Numbered from the whole stretch's first letter, positions 11,115 to 24,844 are shown. The stretch: 63,303 bases of DNA, filler included, from Octopus bimaculoides (GCF_001194135.2; 5 parts of 5 records of this genome joined end to end with filler, not necessarily neighbours in it), one strand, 5' to 3'. Program-made: numbers and translations. Notes: a model not told the origin generated them from the letters alone.

Positions 11115-13844
11115 TGTATGTATATATATACATACACACACATATATGGACAGATACCAACATGTGTAGTATGTATTAATATTCATTACACTTTTTATAT
11201 GTCAGCCCCATGAATGTATGTATGCACGTATGCATGTATCTATTATATATATACATGCATACAAGCATACTCAAATACACATTCACAAATACTCATTCGA
11301 ACAAATATAAACATGTAGAGGGAAAAGCAGACCGTGGGACAGACAGATATAGATACGATATACTGATTAATTTTGTGTCTATGTATGTTTACTGTGACAT
11401 GTTAAAATATTCACGTACATTTCTTACTTGGTAAATATTCAATATTAATAAAAGTACATAAATTAATAATTCTGTCGACATTAGTATACGAACCACGTTC
11501 TGCTTATTGCATAGTTTCCTTTTCTACTTAAGTTGCCTCATGGTCATTCGCGTCTCTCTTTTGTTAACAATATTTGCCTAATATACTTGTACTGAAACGA
11601 ATCTTTCTAGCACTAACTTAATTCATTATATTCTCATTGATTTGCATTGTTCCGGATTATATTTCGACTACTTAACGATTTCTGGTAATGATACACTGGC
11701 GCACGTTGAATTAATGAAAATATATTGGATACTTTTCATGTGGATCACGATCCATCTCATTGATTTACTACTCCATTGTTGGCTTTTGATGAAAGAAACC
11801 ACGTATAGACGTTTGAGTAAATGTCTAATTACGCATGATAGATTCAGCTGTGCTTTGATGTACTATAATACAATATGATTTAAGGACATGGCAAATTTCG
11901 CTTCCAAAGGTTATGTATTCATTATTTGTAATTACATCACAGAATTAGTATTCGAAATACGAAATCAGTGCTGTTAATGTATTCAATGTATGTAGAAGTA
12001 AATCGATGCCGATTGGTTGGCATAATTAATGAGAGAAGGAAATCCCGGCAACGAGCACGTGGAAGTTAATTTTAGTTGTAATTACCATTACTATTGATAT
12101 CATCAATATTACAACCAACGCCACAAAGACCGCCTCCAACACCAACATTATTATTATTCTTGTCGTTATCATCATTATCATCATAATCATCATCATCGTC
12201 ATCATTGATATTTTCGTTAACATTATTATAGGAAATATGAATTCCAATCAGTGCAGCGTCAGTATATTCAGTGCATATAATGAAGTTATTCAAAATAGGT
12301 AAAACATGAAAACTTATCTAATGACATTTATTCCAGACAATCTTTCCAAAGAAAAAGATTAATAAAGTGAGTAATAAAGGCAATGAGAAACATTCAATGA
12401 TTATCGTTTGAAAGCTATATTGCAATATTGTTGGTAAACAGTGACGAAATATGGTAGTTGGATAGCCAATAAATAGTTTCTTATGTGAAATCGAAGTAAT
12501 AATGTTCTTGGTTCCAACTGTGTGCAGTTAAATTAAATGGGGATTCCATCGTAACGGAACAATATCAACAGAGTTTAAATAGCAGCAGATGTGATGCAGA
12601 TATTCCATTAAATTTACAAAGATTGCATCTAAGGCAATATGAAAATTGTATCGGATGAATACGACTAAAGCACGGTTAAAGCAGATCCGAAGATTAGCTG
12701 CTAAGAATAGCAGAACGAAAAGTTTGCTACCACATATATGTAACATTTATCGGCTAATAATTTGTGCATATAAAACTATTTTCAGTTAATTGCTATACAG
12801 TTCTTTATGAGATAAGCAATGGTGAAATGTATCATACAGTTAAAGCAATAACTAATCTTATGTTTAGTGATTTTGGAGAACATTTTTAATGATGAAATGA
12901 GCTAATGTCAAGCAATGCTTTATGAATAAAAATAAGCGGTATCAAAGAAGCGATATATTGATGTTATTCTAATATTCTTATTTAAGTTTCTTTTAAAGTG
13001 TGATGAACAATTGTCAAAGTTAATACATCGGTATATTTATCTCAAATATTTTTATTATAATACACAGTTACTTATTTTAATAAGAGTTAGGATAGTAAAG
13101 TTTTGTTTTGAAGCAAGAAATAAATGCACACGATATTCTTCAGATTTATATTCTACTAACCTGTCATAATATGTAACATTGTATTAACCAGACTGTATTA
13201 TATTAACATGTAGTAAACTCGGATTTTTAAAAGCAGCATAAGCTGAGAAAGTTGGTTTAATTTCAATGAATGCTCCCTCAGTTTAATAGAAAATAAATTT
13301 CGTAATACCCTTTATTATCAAGACAGAAGTACAGATTCAAGAATCTGTGAATCAGGATCAAAATGATAAATAACTGGTTGCATTATTCTTGGTGGACTCA
13401 ATGCAAAATCAAGAGATAGTAATGGCAGCAATGAAAATGATTGGGAAGATGTAGAGTTACATGTGTATGCACAGTAAGTATAATGTTCACTTACACAAAT
13501 AATCATCAGTTTCTTAGAAGTTGAAGCCAATATTTGGACATTTTAAATGCACACAACCTTTTTTTTTAGGAATCGTTTGACTCAAAGAATTTATCAGCTA
13601 TATGACATGACGACAACATTTTCTTTCTGCGCAAGCACATTATGCCTTACTTTGAAATTAAAATTTCCAAATAATTTAATTTATCTCTTGTTGAATTTTG
13701 AGCAGAAAATTGTTTAAAATTGTGAATTTGAAGAAAAGAAAGTTTCTTCTTGAAATCTAATAAATATTTCGTTTAAAAGTAAGCACATTGATATGTCATA
13801 ATCATATAATAGATTAAGCAAATTAAAAAAAATCTTTGCTGCTG

Positions 13845-14090
13845 AATTCAATCGAATTACCTTCACGGTTGGGTCTTTGTTTTAAAATGACGGCCATTTC
13901 GCTTGGATTTGTTCATGCAGTGACATCTCAGAGAGGATGTGATCTTCAAGACATTTACCTTTAGGAAAAGTATATTGATGTGTTGATCTAGATTTGTCAA
14001 GACCTCTTCTATGCATCTGAGACTATCCTCAAATTTACCCTCCTGCTTTGAGGTATTTGTTGGACGGTATGTTGAGAATAGAACTACAAT
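13845..14090 (-). pseudogene. Degenerate APE endonuclease fragment of a CR1/L2-like LINE
   Basis: STYRPTNTSKQEGKFEDSLRCIEEVL..INILF resembles YRPP..F...L..I.....I+.GDFN. After a frameshift, RPNREGNSIEF resembles PTRxGNxLDL. Confidence 0.5.
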
Positions 14091-14119
14091 ACACACACAC
14101 ACACACACACACACACCCC

Positions 14120-14158
<39 letters not shown>

Positions 14159-14644
14159 GTATGTATATTTTATATATCTAGACCATAAGGATATATTTGG
14201 ATTTTTACTTCCATATTTGCTTATCTGCACACTTCTTATAGCTACTCTGTACTCCTCGGACTTAGGATTGTGTAAATATTTCGGGGTGTATCTTTAAGCT
14301 ATTTGAGCGCCACTATGTCTTTACAATATTGAGCATCTCTGTATCTCATTTGTTGAGTATATATATATATATATATATGTGTATATGTNNNNNNNNNNNN
14401 NNNNNNNNNNNNNNNNNNNNNNNNNNNNNNNNNNNNNNNNNNNNNNNNNNNNNNNNNNNNNNNNNNNNNNNNNNNNNNNNNNNNNNNNNNNNNNNNNNNN
14501 NNNNNNNNNNNNNNNNNNNNNNNNNNNNNNNNNNNNNNNNNNNNNNNNNNNNNNNNNNNNNNNNNNNNNNNNNNNNNNTATATATATATATAGTCAACAG
14601 TATATATAGTGTAATCTGTTATTAAAATGGAAAACTATACATGA

Positions 14645-15213
14645 CTAGGTGTTGTTAGAACATCTACATTGTTAGAAATAAGAGCTAAAACGCTATCCCT
14701 CTCTCTTTAATGGTGTAAACATATATGACTGAAAATAGCTATACTAACACGGACCATAATTTTCCTGAAAATGCCGCCCGAGAATTCTGACTAGTGTCAG
14801 TTTTGACGATATACGTTGGCATCATCAGTTAAGCCCGCTCGGTGTTCGTCTTTTTTGGGACATATTTCTCAGTTGGTATATATGTTTACATAATCCAAAT
14901 TAATGGATGATTTAGCGATTTGCTGATGTGTATATACAAAATTAACGTCAACAGCAGGTTGCGATGTTTCACCCAATAGGAGAATTATAATTGTCTGTAA
15001 ATGTGACTGGGGTGTTAAAAACCACCTACATTGCTAGACATAAGAGCTAAAATGCACTAATGCGATAGTTAACGCACATGAACGAAAACATATACACTAA
15101 CAGGGACCATAATTTTAGCTCTTTTTTCTAGGATTGTAGATGATTTGTAACACCATTGTCACATATAATAACAATTATAATTCTCCTTTTTGGTGAAAAA
15201 TTGCAACATTTTG
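14645..15213. repeat. Composite tandem plus inverted repeat block, PLE pseudo-LTR-like
   Basis: A ~115-bp unit (ctacattg(t/c)taga(a/c)ataagagctaaaa..tactaaca(c/g)ggaccataatttt) occurs at ~14650-14765 and ~15010-15120. A 37-bp inverted repeat lies at 14958-14994/15171-15207 (33/37 identical), with a hammerhead-like core between the direct copies. Confidence 0.6.
14781..14832 (-). ncRNA. Degenerate type I hammerhead ribozyme motif
   Basis: Minus strand reads uuaa-CUGAUGA-U-GCC-aacguauauc-GUC-AAAA-CUGAC-acua-GUCAG-AA. CUGAUGA is intact, GAAA is changed to AAAA (a CpG-type transition), stem III is a perfect 5 bp, stem II has one mismatch, and the cleavage triplet is GAA instead of GUH. Confidence 0.55.
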
Positions 15214-15223
15214 TTTATATATG

Positions 15224-15258
<35 letters not shown>

Positions 15259-15409
15259 TCATAAACACACACATATATCCATACAGAAATGTGAGCGTTT
15301 CATGTTGTTGAAGAAAATTATTTACTGCATGGATTATACACTTGTATGATATTAGTGGGAGATTCTCAAGACGTTAAACAAGAACGATTAAATTTAGCAA
15401 TATGTCGAA

Positions 15410-15530
15410 AGCCAGTGAATTCACCTTATTTTCATCGTTTATACAGTACATAACTCTCTTCGTTTTAGAGTTGATAAAATAATGTACCAGCCCTATACCG
15501 GAATCGATGCTATCGAGTACTGCTCTCACC
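15410..15530 (+). mobile_element. SINE family A, degraded copy
   Basis: gagttgataaaataatgtaccag..ggaatcgatgctatcgagt matches the ggtcgataaaataagtaccag..ggtcgatgtaatcgact block of the other copies. Confidence 0.5.
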
Positions 15531-16357
15531 ATAACATCGCTGACCTTCTGCTTATATGAGACATTATTATCCATACGGCATATGAAAACAAATCTACTTA
15601 GAAAAAAAAAACCTTCCATATAATGCTATGATTTGTACAATCTATTCAAGCCTTACAAACTCTTTAATTCTCATCTGATACCTATTTCCATGATAAATTG
15701 TTACATCCAATTAGCTATTGTTCTGAACGTTTACAGTTCGTTCTTGAATTGTAATTGAATTATTAACTGTATGAATTTCAAATTTTGAATTTCATTTTAA
15801 TCTCATCAATATGGCATTATTTTACTCTTTTTCTTCAATATTCTAATATTTTGAAATTAGTTCTCAGAAAAGAAAACATTACTAAACTTAAATCATCTAT
15901 TAGAGAATATGTTTGTTCTAAGTCATTTATAATTATTTTCAATGAAATCCACACTGCACTTCGTAAACAAACACCTGACATAATTCTTGAATGAACACGC
16001 AATTCGTTGTATTATATAAATGACGCATGCACTACAAACGTAATTAGAGTTTGAAAGTAAACTAAAATCATAACATATTAAAAACCTCACTGACAAAATA
16101 GTAATCCAAAATATATCTAAAACAAAAAGCATTAATCTCCATGACCGAACTTAACAATTTCACGTATTCTTTTTCCTCAGAGAGATATAAGAACATGTAT
16201 ATAGGAGAATACTGGACCCTGTTGATCTTAATGATTGCGAAAATCCCAGGTAATTGAAAAGAATGGTCATCCAGTTCGAGTTAATAAAACGATAACTATT
16301 TTTCAGCTGGATTATCTCAAATGCGTTTCTTGCTTGCACTCAGTGACCACCACCAGA

Positions 16358-16388
<31 letters not shown>

Positions 16389-16419
16389 CCACNNNNNNNN
16401 NNNNNNNNNNNNNNNNNNA

Positions 16420-16560
16420 CTCTACAAAGCATCAGAAACTTTTGAGTAATGGGGAGAGGTATCCTGAAACTGAAGAATGCTTGAAACGGCGCAGACTTCG
16501 TGGACAGCATCTAATTTGCATTAGGAGATAGGTGCGTGATCCTGCAAATCTTTTGAAGTA
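16420..16560 (+). pseudogene. Possible CR1-like RT C-terminal remnant
   Basis: KLLSNGERY..LKRRRLRGQHLI weakly resembles SYxERL..LExRRLRGDLI. Confidence 0.3.
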
Positions 16561-18720
16561 CATTACTATTTCGAATATCTTCGAAACTGTATCGGTCATA
16601 TTTTTTTTTCTTTTACCTAGTTTTCTCCTGAACTATGCCATGGCCTTTGAATTTGTTTCCATCTTTCTAGTATTTCTACATCGTATAGGAGCGCTATAAG
16701 CCATGTGAATATTTTCTTAGTATTCACTTAAGAGATTGGTCTATCCTTTATTTATTGCCAAGTGATGAATGGAACTCCGTTCTAATATTAACTTTTTAAA
16801 TCGTGTTCTCCATTCAATTAAACCAAAATGTTTTTAAATTGGCCTCAATGACAAAAAAGTTATAAAGGGTTTGTTTCGACACTGCGATCATAATTATGAT
16901 TTGTTAAATTATTATCAGCTACCAAGTTTCTACGAACTGCAGACCTTGGACGATGAAGAGAATGAAAAGATAAAAGAGAGTCGATGTAAATATTCAATTA
17001 ACTTTAATCGTGAAAGATGAGGTCGATATTTAAAAGGCAGTATAAATTTATATTGAAAGAATTCATAGATTGTAACAAGTCAAGATGAAAAGTTTAAATT
17101 TAGAAAAAATAACAATGAAAATAACACTGACAATGATGGTGGTAGGTAAGGCAGTATTTAGTATAATGAAATGAAGACAGCATCAATGGCGAAAACAATG
17201 ACAATGATGTTGATGTTAATGATTCTGGTGGTGATGATGTTTTGGTTACGGGGAAAAACAACGGTGGCAACCGCAACGACCAGTATGCTGATGATATTGT
17301 TACACAAGGGAGGTGGAGGAGAAAAACAAGGAACACTATATGCACGTGCAAGGTAAAAGATGGATAAACAATTCTATATGAAAAGAGAAAAGGTAAATAT
17401 GAAGAAAGAAGAATTATGCAAAAGAAGTTCATAAAGAAATGTTGATAAGAGAAAGGAAAGAAATGGAGAACAAAAGAGCAATGTGTTATGATGATGTTGA
17501 TGAGGAAGCGGTCGGAGGATTACAAAGAAGAAAAAGACTTCACTTGCAAAAGATGAAATAGTCACGTGGATGTTGATAAACGTCGAATAAACTCAAGATC
17601 TCTGGTTTACCCAAACTATGAGATAATTCACTTGAGTAATCTAAATATCAATGTTTAGTCAGCTACGCCAACAGCAAGGATTTATGACAATTGAAATACA
17701 GTAAGTATTCGGCGGCGTAAATAGAAAGCTAGAACAGATCGCTTAGTAAATGTTAAATAGGTTTTGTACAATATGAATGTCAGAAAACAATGTTGATCGT
17801 TGTTTAGTTAGAATAGCAAATGAATTGTGTTATAATACATTCTGTTCAGATTTTACATTGATCATATTTGAAATGGCGAATGTTATTCCAAATTTGCTGA
17901 AATGAATGGATATTATCAATATCGATATTGTGCTTGATGTATATATCTTTCTTGGTGACAGGTGATCTGCAAATACCCTTTGTTATTTGTGTAATACAAA
18001 TGTTCATGACTGTATCTGAAAGCCTAAATCGTAATGGAGTTTGTCGAAAGAGATCCACGCCAATCTGAACCGATTATTGTGTAATATATCAACTCGATCG
18101 ATGCCTAAGTTATATGGTTAAGTCAATAGTAAATGCTCTCCAAAAATTTCTTGATGAGACAAGTGAATAGGATCAACATGAGCATTGACTAATACAGGAT
18201 TCAAGATGAACCGAATGTTGTTAATGAAAAGACGAGCCGAATGTTACGTTTTAAGGAATTGATTTATTACATGCAGATCAAATATGTCAAGAGCAGACAA
18301 TGTTGAGCTTTGGTAGTTCGTGGCATATTACAACTAGACTACATCAGGAACAAAAGCATGAATACAAAATTGATGAATACAGTTCTTAAATCAAATCGGA
18401 ACTGTCAGAATGGAGTCTGTTATATTCTAAAATGTTTTAGATATATTGGTTATGTACCATTGTAGATGACAGATTAAATTTGTCAGAGGCAGAAGTGAGA
18501 AATACATGAACGAAAAATATAATAGAACTAGTGTTTATAAAACAGGGATTTTATCAAATATCTGACGTTTAATTTAGCTGTATGTGTTTGGAATATAACA
18601 GTGCAAATATATAATTGGTAAGCCTTTACATGTATTGAAGAGAGGCAATAAAAGACATTATACGTAATTTTTAAAATCAATACATTTATTATCAATAACG
18701 TGCGTATATCTTACTATCCT

Positions 18721-19170
18721 TTTACTTTTATTCCATTACTTGTTTCAGTCACGAGACCGTCCCCATACTGAGGCACCACTTTGAAAAGTTTACTCGATCA
18801 AATCCACCTCACTACGTGTTTCGTCTGGTATTTATGCTATCGGTTTTTTTCCCAAACCACTTGATTTTGAGTACGCAAACAAACCAACACCGTTTCAAGC
18901 GGTAGGAAGATAGGCACAAACACATGAAAGCACAAACACACATATATATGCATATATATATATATATATCGATATTAATTAATCGATATTAATTAATATA
19001 TGACTAATTACCAGATTTTATAATAATAATATATATATATATATGTAGACATATATACAGTGGCGTCCCTACTGTTTCCGTCTATCAGATTGACTCACAA
19101 GGCATAGGTCGACCAGGAGCGAGCGTAAAAAATACTTGCCCAAGGTGCTGCACAGTGGCACTAAATTGTT
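18721..19170 (-). mobile_element. CORE-type SINE (family B) with an internal (TA)/(CA) microsatellite
   Basis: Minus strand has caccttgggcaagt (CORE-like) after a degraded B box, then ccttgtgagtcaatctgatagacggaaac, a microsatellite, and a 3' part ending tgactgaaacaagtaa. The 3' part is homologous to 45396-45480. Confidence 0.7.
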
Positions 19171-21186
19171 ACATCCTTCATAATGTGATGCGTCTACAGT
19201 AGGAAGGTCACGGGGCTTTATACTTCTGTTTGTGGATTTATTGACTACTATGAAAGTGCGGTACATCAAAATCCATATAATTTATCTCTTGAATCCGTCA
19301 CCATATTCTAAATTTTATGATATCGATGTCTGAAGCGGGAACATTAACGGCATGACAAATTAAAGTGACTTCAGGCATTACAACAACAATAATGTATACA
19401 CGTAATATTAAGCAATTTATGGTTCTCAACTTGCCACTAGTGTGACTGATATGCATAATGTACACAGACGGAGAAATTCTAAATTTCAAGAAAACATATA
19501 GACAAAGCAATGAAGTATTTGCACTCATTGTAGTGAAAACCAGTGCCACAGCTAATGGCCTTGATTACCGTCACATGGTCTACATGTAAACTTTCTTTCC
19601 AAAGAGATATCACTTACTCTCCCCTCCTGCCGAGAGGCTTCCTACAAAATTTTAGTAACTTTCCTTCTTGCAACTCGTCTGATAGGAAGGTTCAGCAAAT
19701 AGAACTCTTTCTGAAAAATTCACCTCCTCGGCTTCCTGTTGTCATATTAATTCTATGCTGCACATAAACACGTATACGTATATTGTTTGCGCGCGCACAT
19801 ACCAGCAGAGACACAGATATACATCAACACATAAGACGAGTCGGGTTATTCGTGCAATGAAAGCTGTTCAGTTATGGTTAGAAAGAGGCAAAAGAAAATA
19901 ACTATACAACTGGCTCTTAATATTTAATATCGTCTCAGTGCCTTTACATAAATATTACTTCTCTCTATTTAACAGAATAACTGCACCCAAATAAACATTA
20001 AAATGCATCGCAAAATATATACATACATACATATATACACAAGTGAACGTATTTTACATATGCGTGTTTGCATGTGTGTGCGTGTGTGTGCGCGCTCGCG
20101 CGTGATGATAAAAGTAGTTTTGCAATGATATTCAATCTCTCAATATATACAAACAGTATACAAACATGAATAGTAACATATATACAAGCATAAGGATACG
20201 TATGTGCCGTATGTGGGTGTATGTGTTGTGTGCGTCTGTGTGTGTATAAATACATGCATATGTGTCAGTGTGTGTCTGTCTGTATAGAGAAGGGAATTTT
20301 TTCGAACATATGTCATGTATCAACCCTGGTGAATCGGCTTAGCTTTGTATCGGTTTATCTACATATCTTTTCATCTATATATCTATGTGGGTATATATGC
20401 TTTTGTGTTTCTCTCTCTTTCTCTCTCTCCTCTTTCTCTCCTCTTTCTCTCTCTCCTCTGTCTCTATCTTCTCTTTTTATCTTTCGTTACTAACTATTGA
20501 TATAGGTATAAAGTGACAGATAAAATCATTTGATTATAGATGCATGTATTCATACGCACACACACACACACACAAACATATACATATATATATAGTTTGA
20601 TGATTGATAGATGGATAGGTATGTTAATAAATAGCTGGATAGATAGACACACACACATTTACGTATATATAGGTGTGTGCGTGTGATTGTGTGTGTGCAA
20701 TGGATACATTTATATATTCCACAATATTACATGACAAACATGACAATAGTGAATTAATAAATGACATAGCAACATGAAAGGCTATGTAAGTTCATGCGGA
20801 ATCCAGCAGAGATGTTAAAGAATTATGGAAAGAATGCAATAGTTTTAAAATCAATGCAGTATTTAAGTAATGTGTCTAATATGATTTCTAAGTGTAGCAG
20901 CTGGAATTGCACAAGTCGGAATCCTAAGGATGCACATAAATGGTGAATAAAAGGAGGTAATGGCAAAACGTAGAGAACTGCAACAATACGACCTCTGTAT
21001 ATCACTGGAAATTCTTTTCAAAAATTGTGGGTATTATGAAATTATTTAATACTTATCTTATAAGGCAGGGGTTTATCATTCGCCGAAACGAAACGTATGG
21101 CATTCATAGTGTCATACATGCCATCGCGTGTCATCCTACTGCATCGTGGGCCATGCTTTTGAATGATGTATAACTTCACAGTAATC

Positions 21187-21197
21187 TGCTGCTGCTG

Positions 21198-21237
<40 letters not shown>

Positions 21238-21287
21238 CAGCCGCGGCAGCAGCAGCGACGGTGCAGGCGGCTGCGGCAGCGGTAGCT

Positions 21288-21320
<33 letters not shown>

Positions 21321-21420
21321 AGAAGAAGAAGAAGAAGAAGAAGAAGAAGAAGAAGAAGAAGAAGAAGAAGAAGAAGAAGAAGAAATGGCAGCAGAAATAG
21401 CAGCACCAGCAGTGCTAGCA
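21187..21420. repeat. Compound microsatellite (GCT)(GTA)n(GCA)n(GAA)n
   Basis: Directly visible. Confidence 0.95.
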
Positions 21421-21960
21421 AGAACAATTATATTACTAAACGCAGATTATAAAGTTTTGGTCAAGGTGTTAGCCAAGAGGTTGGCGCTTGTCGTCCGTAA
21501 GCTGGTCGGTAACGTGCAGATATGCGCTATCCCGAACAGATCTATCCTCGACAACCTCCACTTCACGCGCTACATCATAGAGAGGGTAAGGAAGGAAGCT
21601 GGCATGGGTGAGGCTTTGGTCAATCGAAAGCTCTTGACAGGGTCAATCATCAACACTTGGCGTGTGTATACGCAGCAGCTGGCTTTGGTCCCCTTTTCAG
21701 AGACCGGATCGCTGCAATGGAGAGCGGCATCTTTTCGATGGTCAAAGTAACCGACCATTTATCAGGGTCGTTTAGATTCGCTCACTCGGTCCGTCCAGAA
21801 TGCGCACTCTCACCCCCTCGGTACGTGCTGGCTCTCGAGCCACTACTGAGTAAATTGGATATTTCGAGGGGCATCCTACCTGATCTATGAAACGGAAGGT
21901 TCGTGTCGGATTGTGCAGACAACGTCAGTGTAATATTGTCAGAAAGCTCGGAAATCGAAG
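21421..21960 (+). pseudogene. Tx1/L1-clade LINE reverse transcriptase fragment
   Basis: RTIILLNADYKVLVKVLAKRL..AIPNRSILDNLH, then frameshifted AFDRVNH-like and AAGFGPLF..SVRPECALSPPRYVLALEPLL, ending at CADNVSV (YADD motif decayed). Confidence 0.85.
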
Positions 21961-23250
21961 CCTACACAGGCCTGATCTTCTTCTAATAACAGCAGTTCTA
22001 CGGCATTTTTTACATACGATACTATGTTGTTTTCTTCTGCTCTAATGCTGTGTTCGCATCCAATAAATCCTCTGCCTCCTCTCTTTCTTGGTACATACAG
22101 TCTGTTTGTGACACTTTTTGGATGGAGTGTCTCATATCTAGTTAGCAACTTCTTTGTCTTTTGGTCTAAGCTGTTTGGTTCGTCTAAAGTCCATGCGATT
22201 ACCCCTGCTCCATATCTAAGTAGTGAAACTACCCAGGAATTGATAGCTTCAATCTTATTCCGTCCGTTTAATTTCGACTTAATGATCAGTCTCAGTATGC
22301 GCAAGTACTCCGTATTTAATTTTTCTGTCATTTCTTTCTCCATCAATTAATCCAGTTCCAAAATCCCAAGTACTTATAGCCCGTCTCTTCTATCTGCTTC
22401 ATAACATCTCCCGGCGGTATTTTTAGCCCTTCCATACAAAGTATACACCGTGTCAATAATGGAACTGACTTGGGTTACATCATTATTATAAAGTAATCAG
22501 TGTTAGTGTTATCAAGCACGGTATAAAGATCAGTGGGGAAAGGAGGACCCCTTGGAAGTTGCCCCTCCTGATTCCTACTGTCCCTAAACTTCTTCCGTAT
22601 GCTCTAATTCGTCATATTTTTTTCGAAACAATCGCTCAACATCCCGTGCAATACCAATGAGGTTCATACATTCCAGTATCCAAGAGTGTGGGATCATATC
22701 ATACACCTAATGATAGTCGATCCATTACATGGCTAAGTTACTTTTCCTCCTCTTGCAGTCTCTAACTACATATTTGTCTATCAGGAGTTGATCCCTGGTA
22801 CCTCTGCACTTACGCTTGCAGCTCTTATGCTCATGTGGCAGGACTCCATTTTTTCCCAGATGTTCGTAAATTGACTCTGCGAGTATTCCAGTCAATAATT
22901 TCCACATAAGTGGCAAACAGGATATCGGCCTTTAATCGTCTACCTTTTTCGGTGTTTTTCAAGCACTGTACTGTCCTACCCAATGTCAACCACTCTGGTA
23001 TTACTTGGTTGGCATTTAACAAGGTGTTACGTTGCGCAGCTATTCGTGCATGACATTCAGAAGTCTTTTGATCCAGTAGCCTTGAATTGCATCTGATCCC
23101 GGTGCCTCCCATTTGCTCATTTTTTTTGCTGATTTCGTTCACTTCCCTAACTGAAATAATTTGTTCTACTTGTTTGGGGAAGACTACTGTTTGTTTCAGT
23201 TCTTGTCGCCATTCAGAATCCTTATTATCATTATCATCATTATTATTATT
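21961..23250 (-). pseudogene. R4/Dong-clade LINE reverse transcriptase fragment with internal deletions
   Basis: Motifs in order on the minus strand: [103 protein letters not shown]. The 5' end abuts a TAA/TGA microsatellite. Confidence 0.9.
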
Positions 23251-23331
23251 AAAGAAGTGATTCTTAAATTCTCAAATGCTATATTATTAGCATTATCCTA
23301 CGTTTGATAATTTAAAAATCACTTCTTTAAT
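23248..23331. repeat. 84-bp hairpin element with 29-bp arms and TTAA at both ends
   Basis: attaaagaagtgattcttaaattctcaaa and tttgataatttaaaaatcacttctttaat are 27/29 complementary, with a 26-nt loop. Confidence 0.75.
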
Positions 23332-23400
23332 TTCCTAAGACATTTCGACGGTTCTAAAAGCAAACTTCGTTTGTTTGTTTACATTTATCGTAATTTTAAT

Positions 23401-23421
23401 TTATTATTATTATTATTATCA

Positions 23422-23499
<78 letters not shown>

Positions 23500-23524
23500 G
23501 TAGTAGTAGTAGTAGTAGTAGTAG
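23401..23524. repeat. (TTA)n(GTA)n microsatellite
   Basis: Directly visible. Confidence 0.95.
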
Positions 23525-24844
23525 TGCAGATGATGCAGCAGCGACAGTGGCGGCGCAGATGTTTTTTGGGCCTGTAGCTTCCCATCTAAAGGGGCCAGAG
23601 CACACTGTAGGACTGTGTTGTAAATCACGAGATACAGGGGTTGGTATTTAATTCAACAGTCTTTGGACACTGCACGAAGGCGTGCATCATTGCTTTTCCA
23701 CCTAGTTAATCTCTCAGTCATTCCTCTCCGTTACTAATTCTTTAGATGTTCAGACGGTAGTGCCCATGGAAATAATAAGAAACTATATATTTCTCGAAAC
23801 TATCCGTCGTAATTCCCAAACCGTAAGTACTCCCGGGTACACTAGACAACACGATCTTGTTAATTCTTAGAGTTTTCCCAAAGATGTCATCGTTCCTGTC
23901 TGCCGCTAGTGCTGTATATATTTCTAAAGCGGAAATTCCTCTGAGCATATTACTTGACTGCTTGAAGTTAGTGATCATCTAGTGATATTATTGATGCATT
24001 TCAAACATCTCATTACCAAGAAATGCTACTCCGTTAAATAAATATTCCATTCTCTCACCGTCCAACGATTTCAACAGGTGATCTGATCTCAATTCGTGAC
24101 TGTTTGCGTGTCTCAGCGGCTCGAGAACACTCAGCATGTTTCTAAGGGAGTTGTGAGCAGCTGGATTCCTTCAGAGCGAGAATGACTTGCGTCTACATCA
24201 ATTGGGCTAGCAGACACATAGATCTGCTCAGACGAGAGTTGGTCAAATGTCGACAGTCTAATAGAATGTAAGGATAAACGCGATGTAGGTATTCACCTGC
24301 CCAGTTCAACCTTTAGACTATTAGCAACATGTGTTCCTAGAAATGTCGTGCTTCATCATTGGTGAGTGTCTAGAATGTCATTTTAAATGCCTCTTCGATA
24401 TGTTGGTTTAGCTGATAAGTTAGGGATGACATGAAAACATCGAAAGCTGATAAGATGTTAGCAATTTTGTGAAAGGTCACGAATGTGCGAATATGAATAT
24501 TGCTAAACTGCATTCGGGAACCCAGACCATAGGCTCGGAGATAAGGATGACGTAGATTGTCCAAAATTTAGAATTGTGAGCTAAAGATAAAAACCTTCTG
24601 ATCGATAGGGTCGAGATTGATAAGCTTCTTGTGCAGAGAACATGTTGCTGGAAGCGGAACACTTCATTCTCGGGCGCCAAGCTTTGCCTTCCGCCTCTCC
24701 GTGGTTGATATAATAGAATACCATTCTTCTACTGGCGTCACTCTAATCGACTTGTCATCTCCTTTTAAACTGTTGAACATGTACCTTAATTAGAAATAAT
24801 AATTACTAATATCAATTGCAATATTACTTACAGTAGAAAGAACA

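Noticed and set aside
13340-13470. IILGGLNAK string resembling an APE endonuclease motif
   Set aside because: A single short motif with stops nearby; insufficient support.
16468-16500. CTGAAGA-ATGCTT-GAAAC-GGC hammerhead-like string
   Set aside because: No U at 16.1 and no stem I pairing; better explained as decayed LINE coding sequence.
7597-19641. Two minus-strand micro-exon candidates (7597-7621, 25 nt; 19618-19641, 24 nt) with AG/GTAAG borders
   Set aside because: Such borders arise by chance in 63 kb; no homology or expression evidence.
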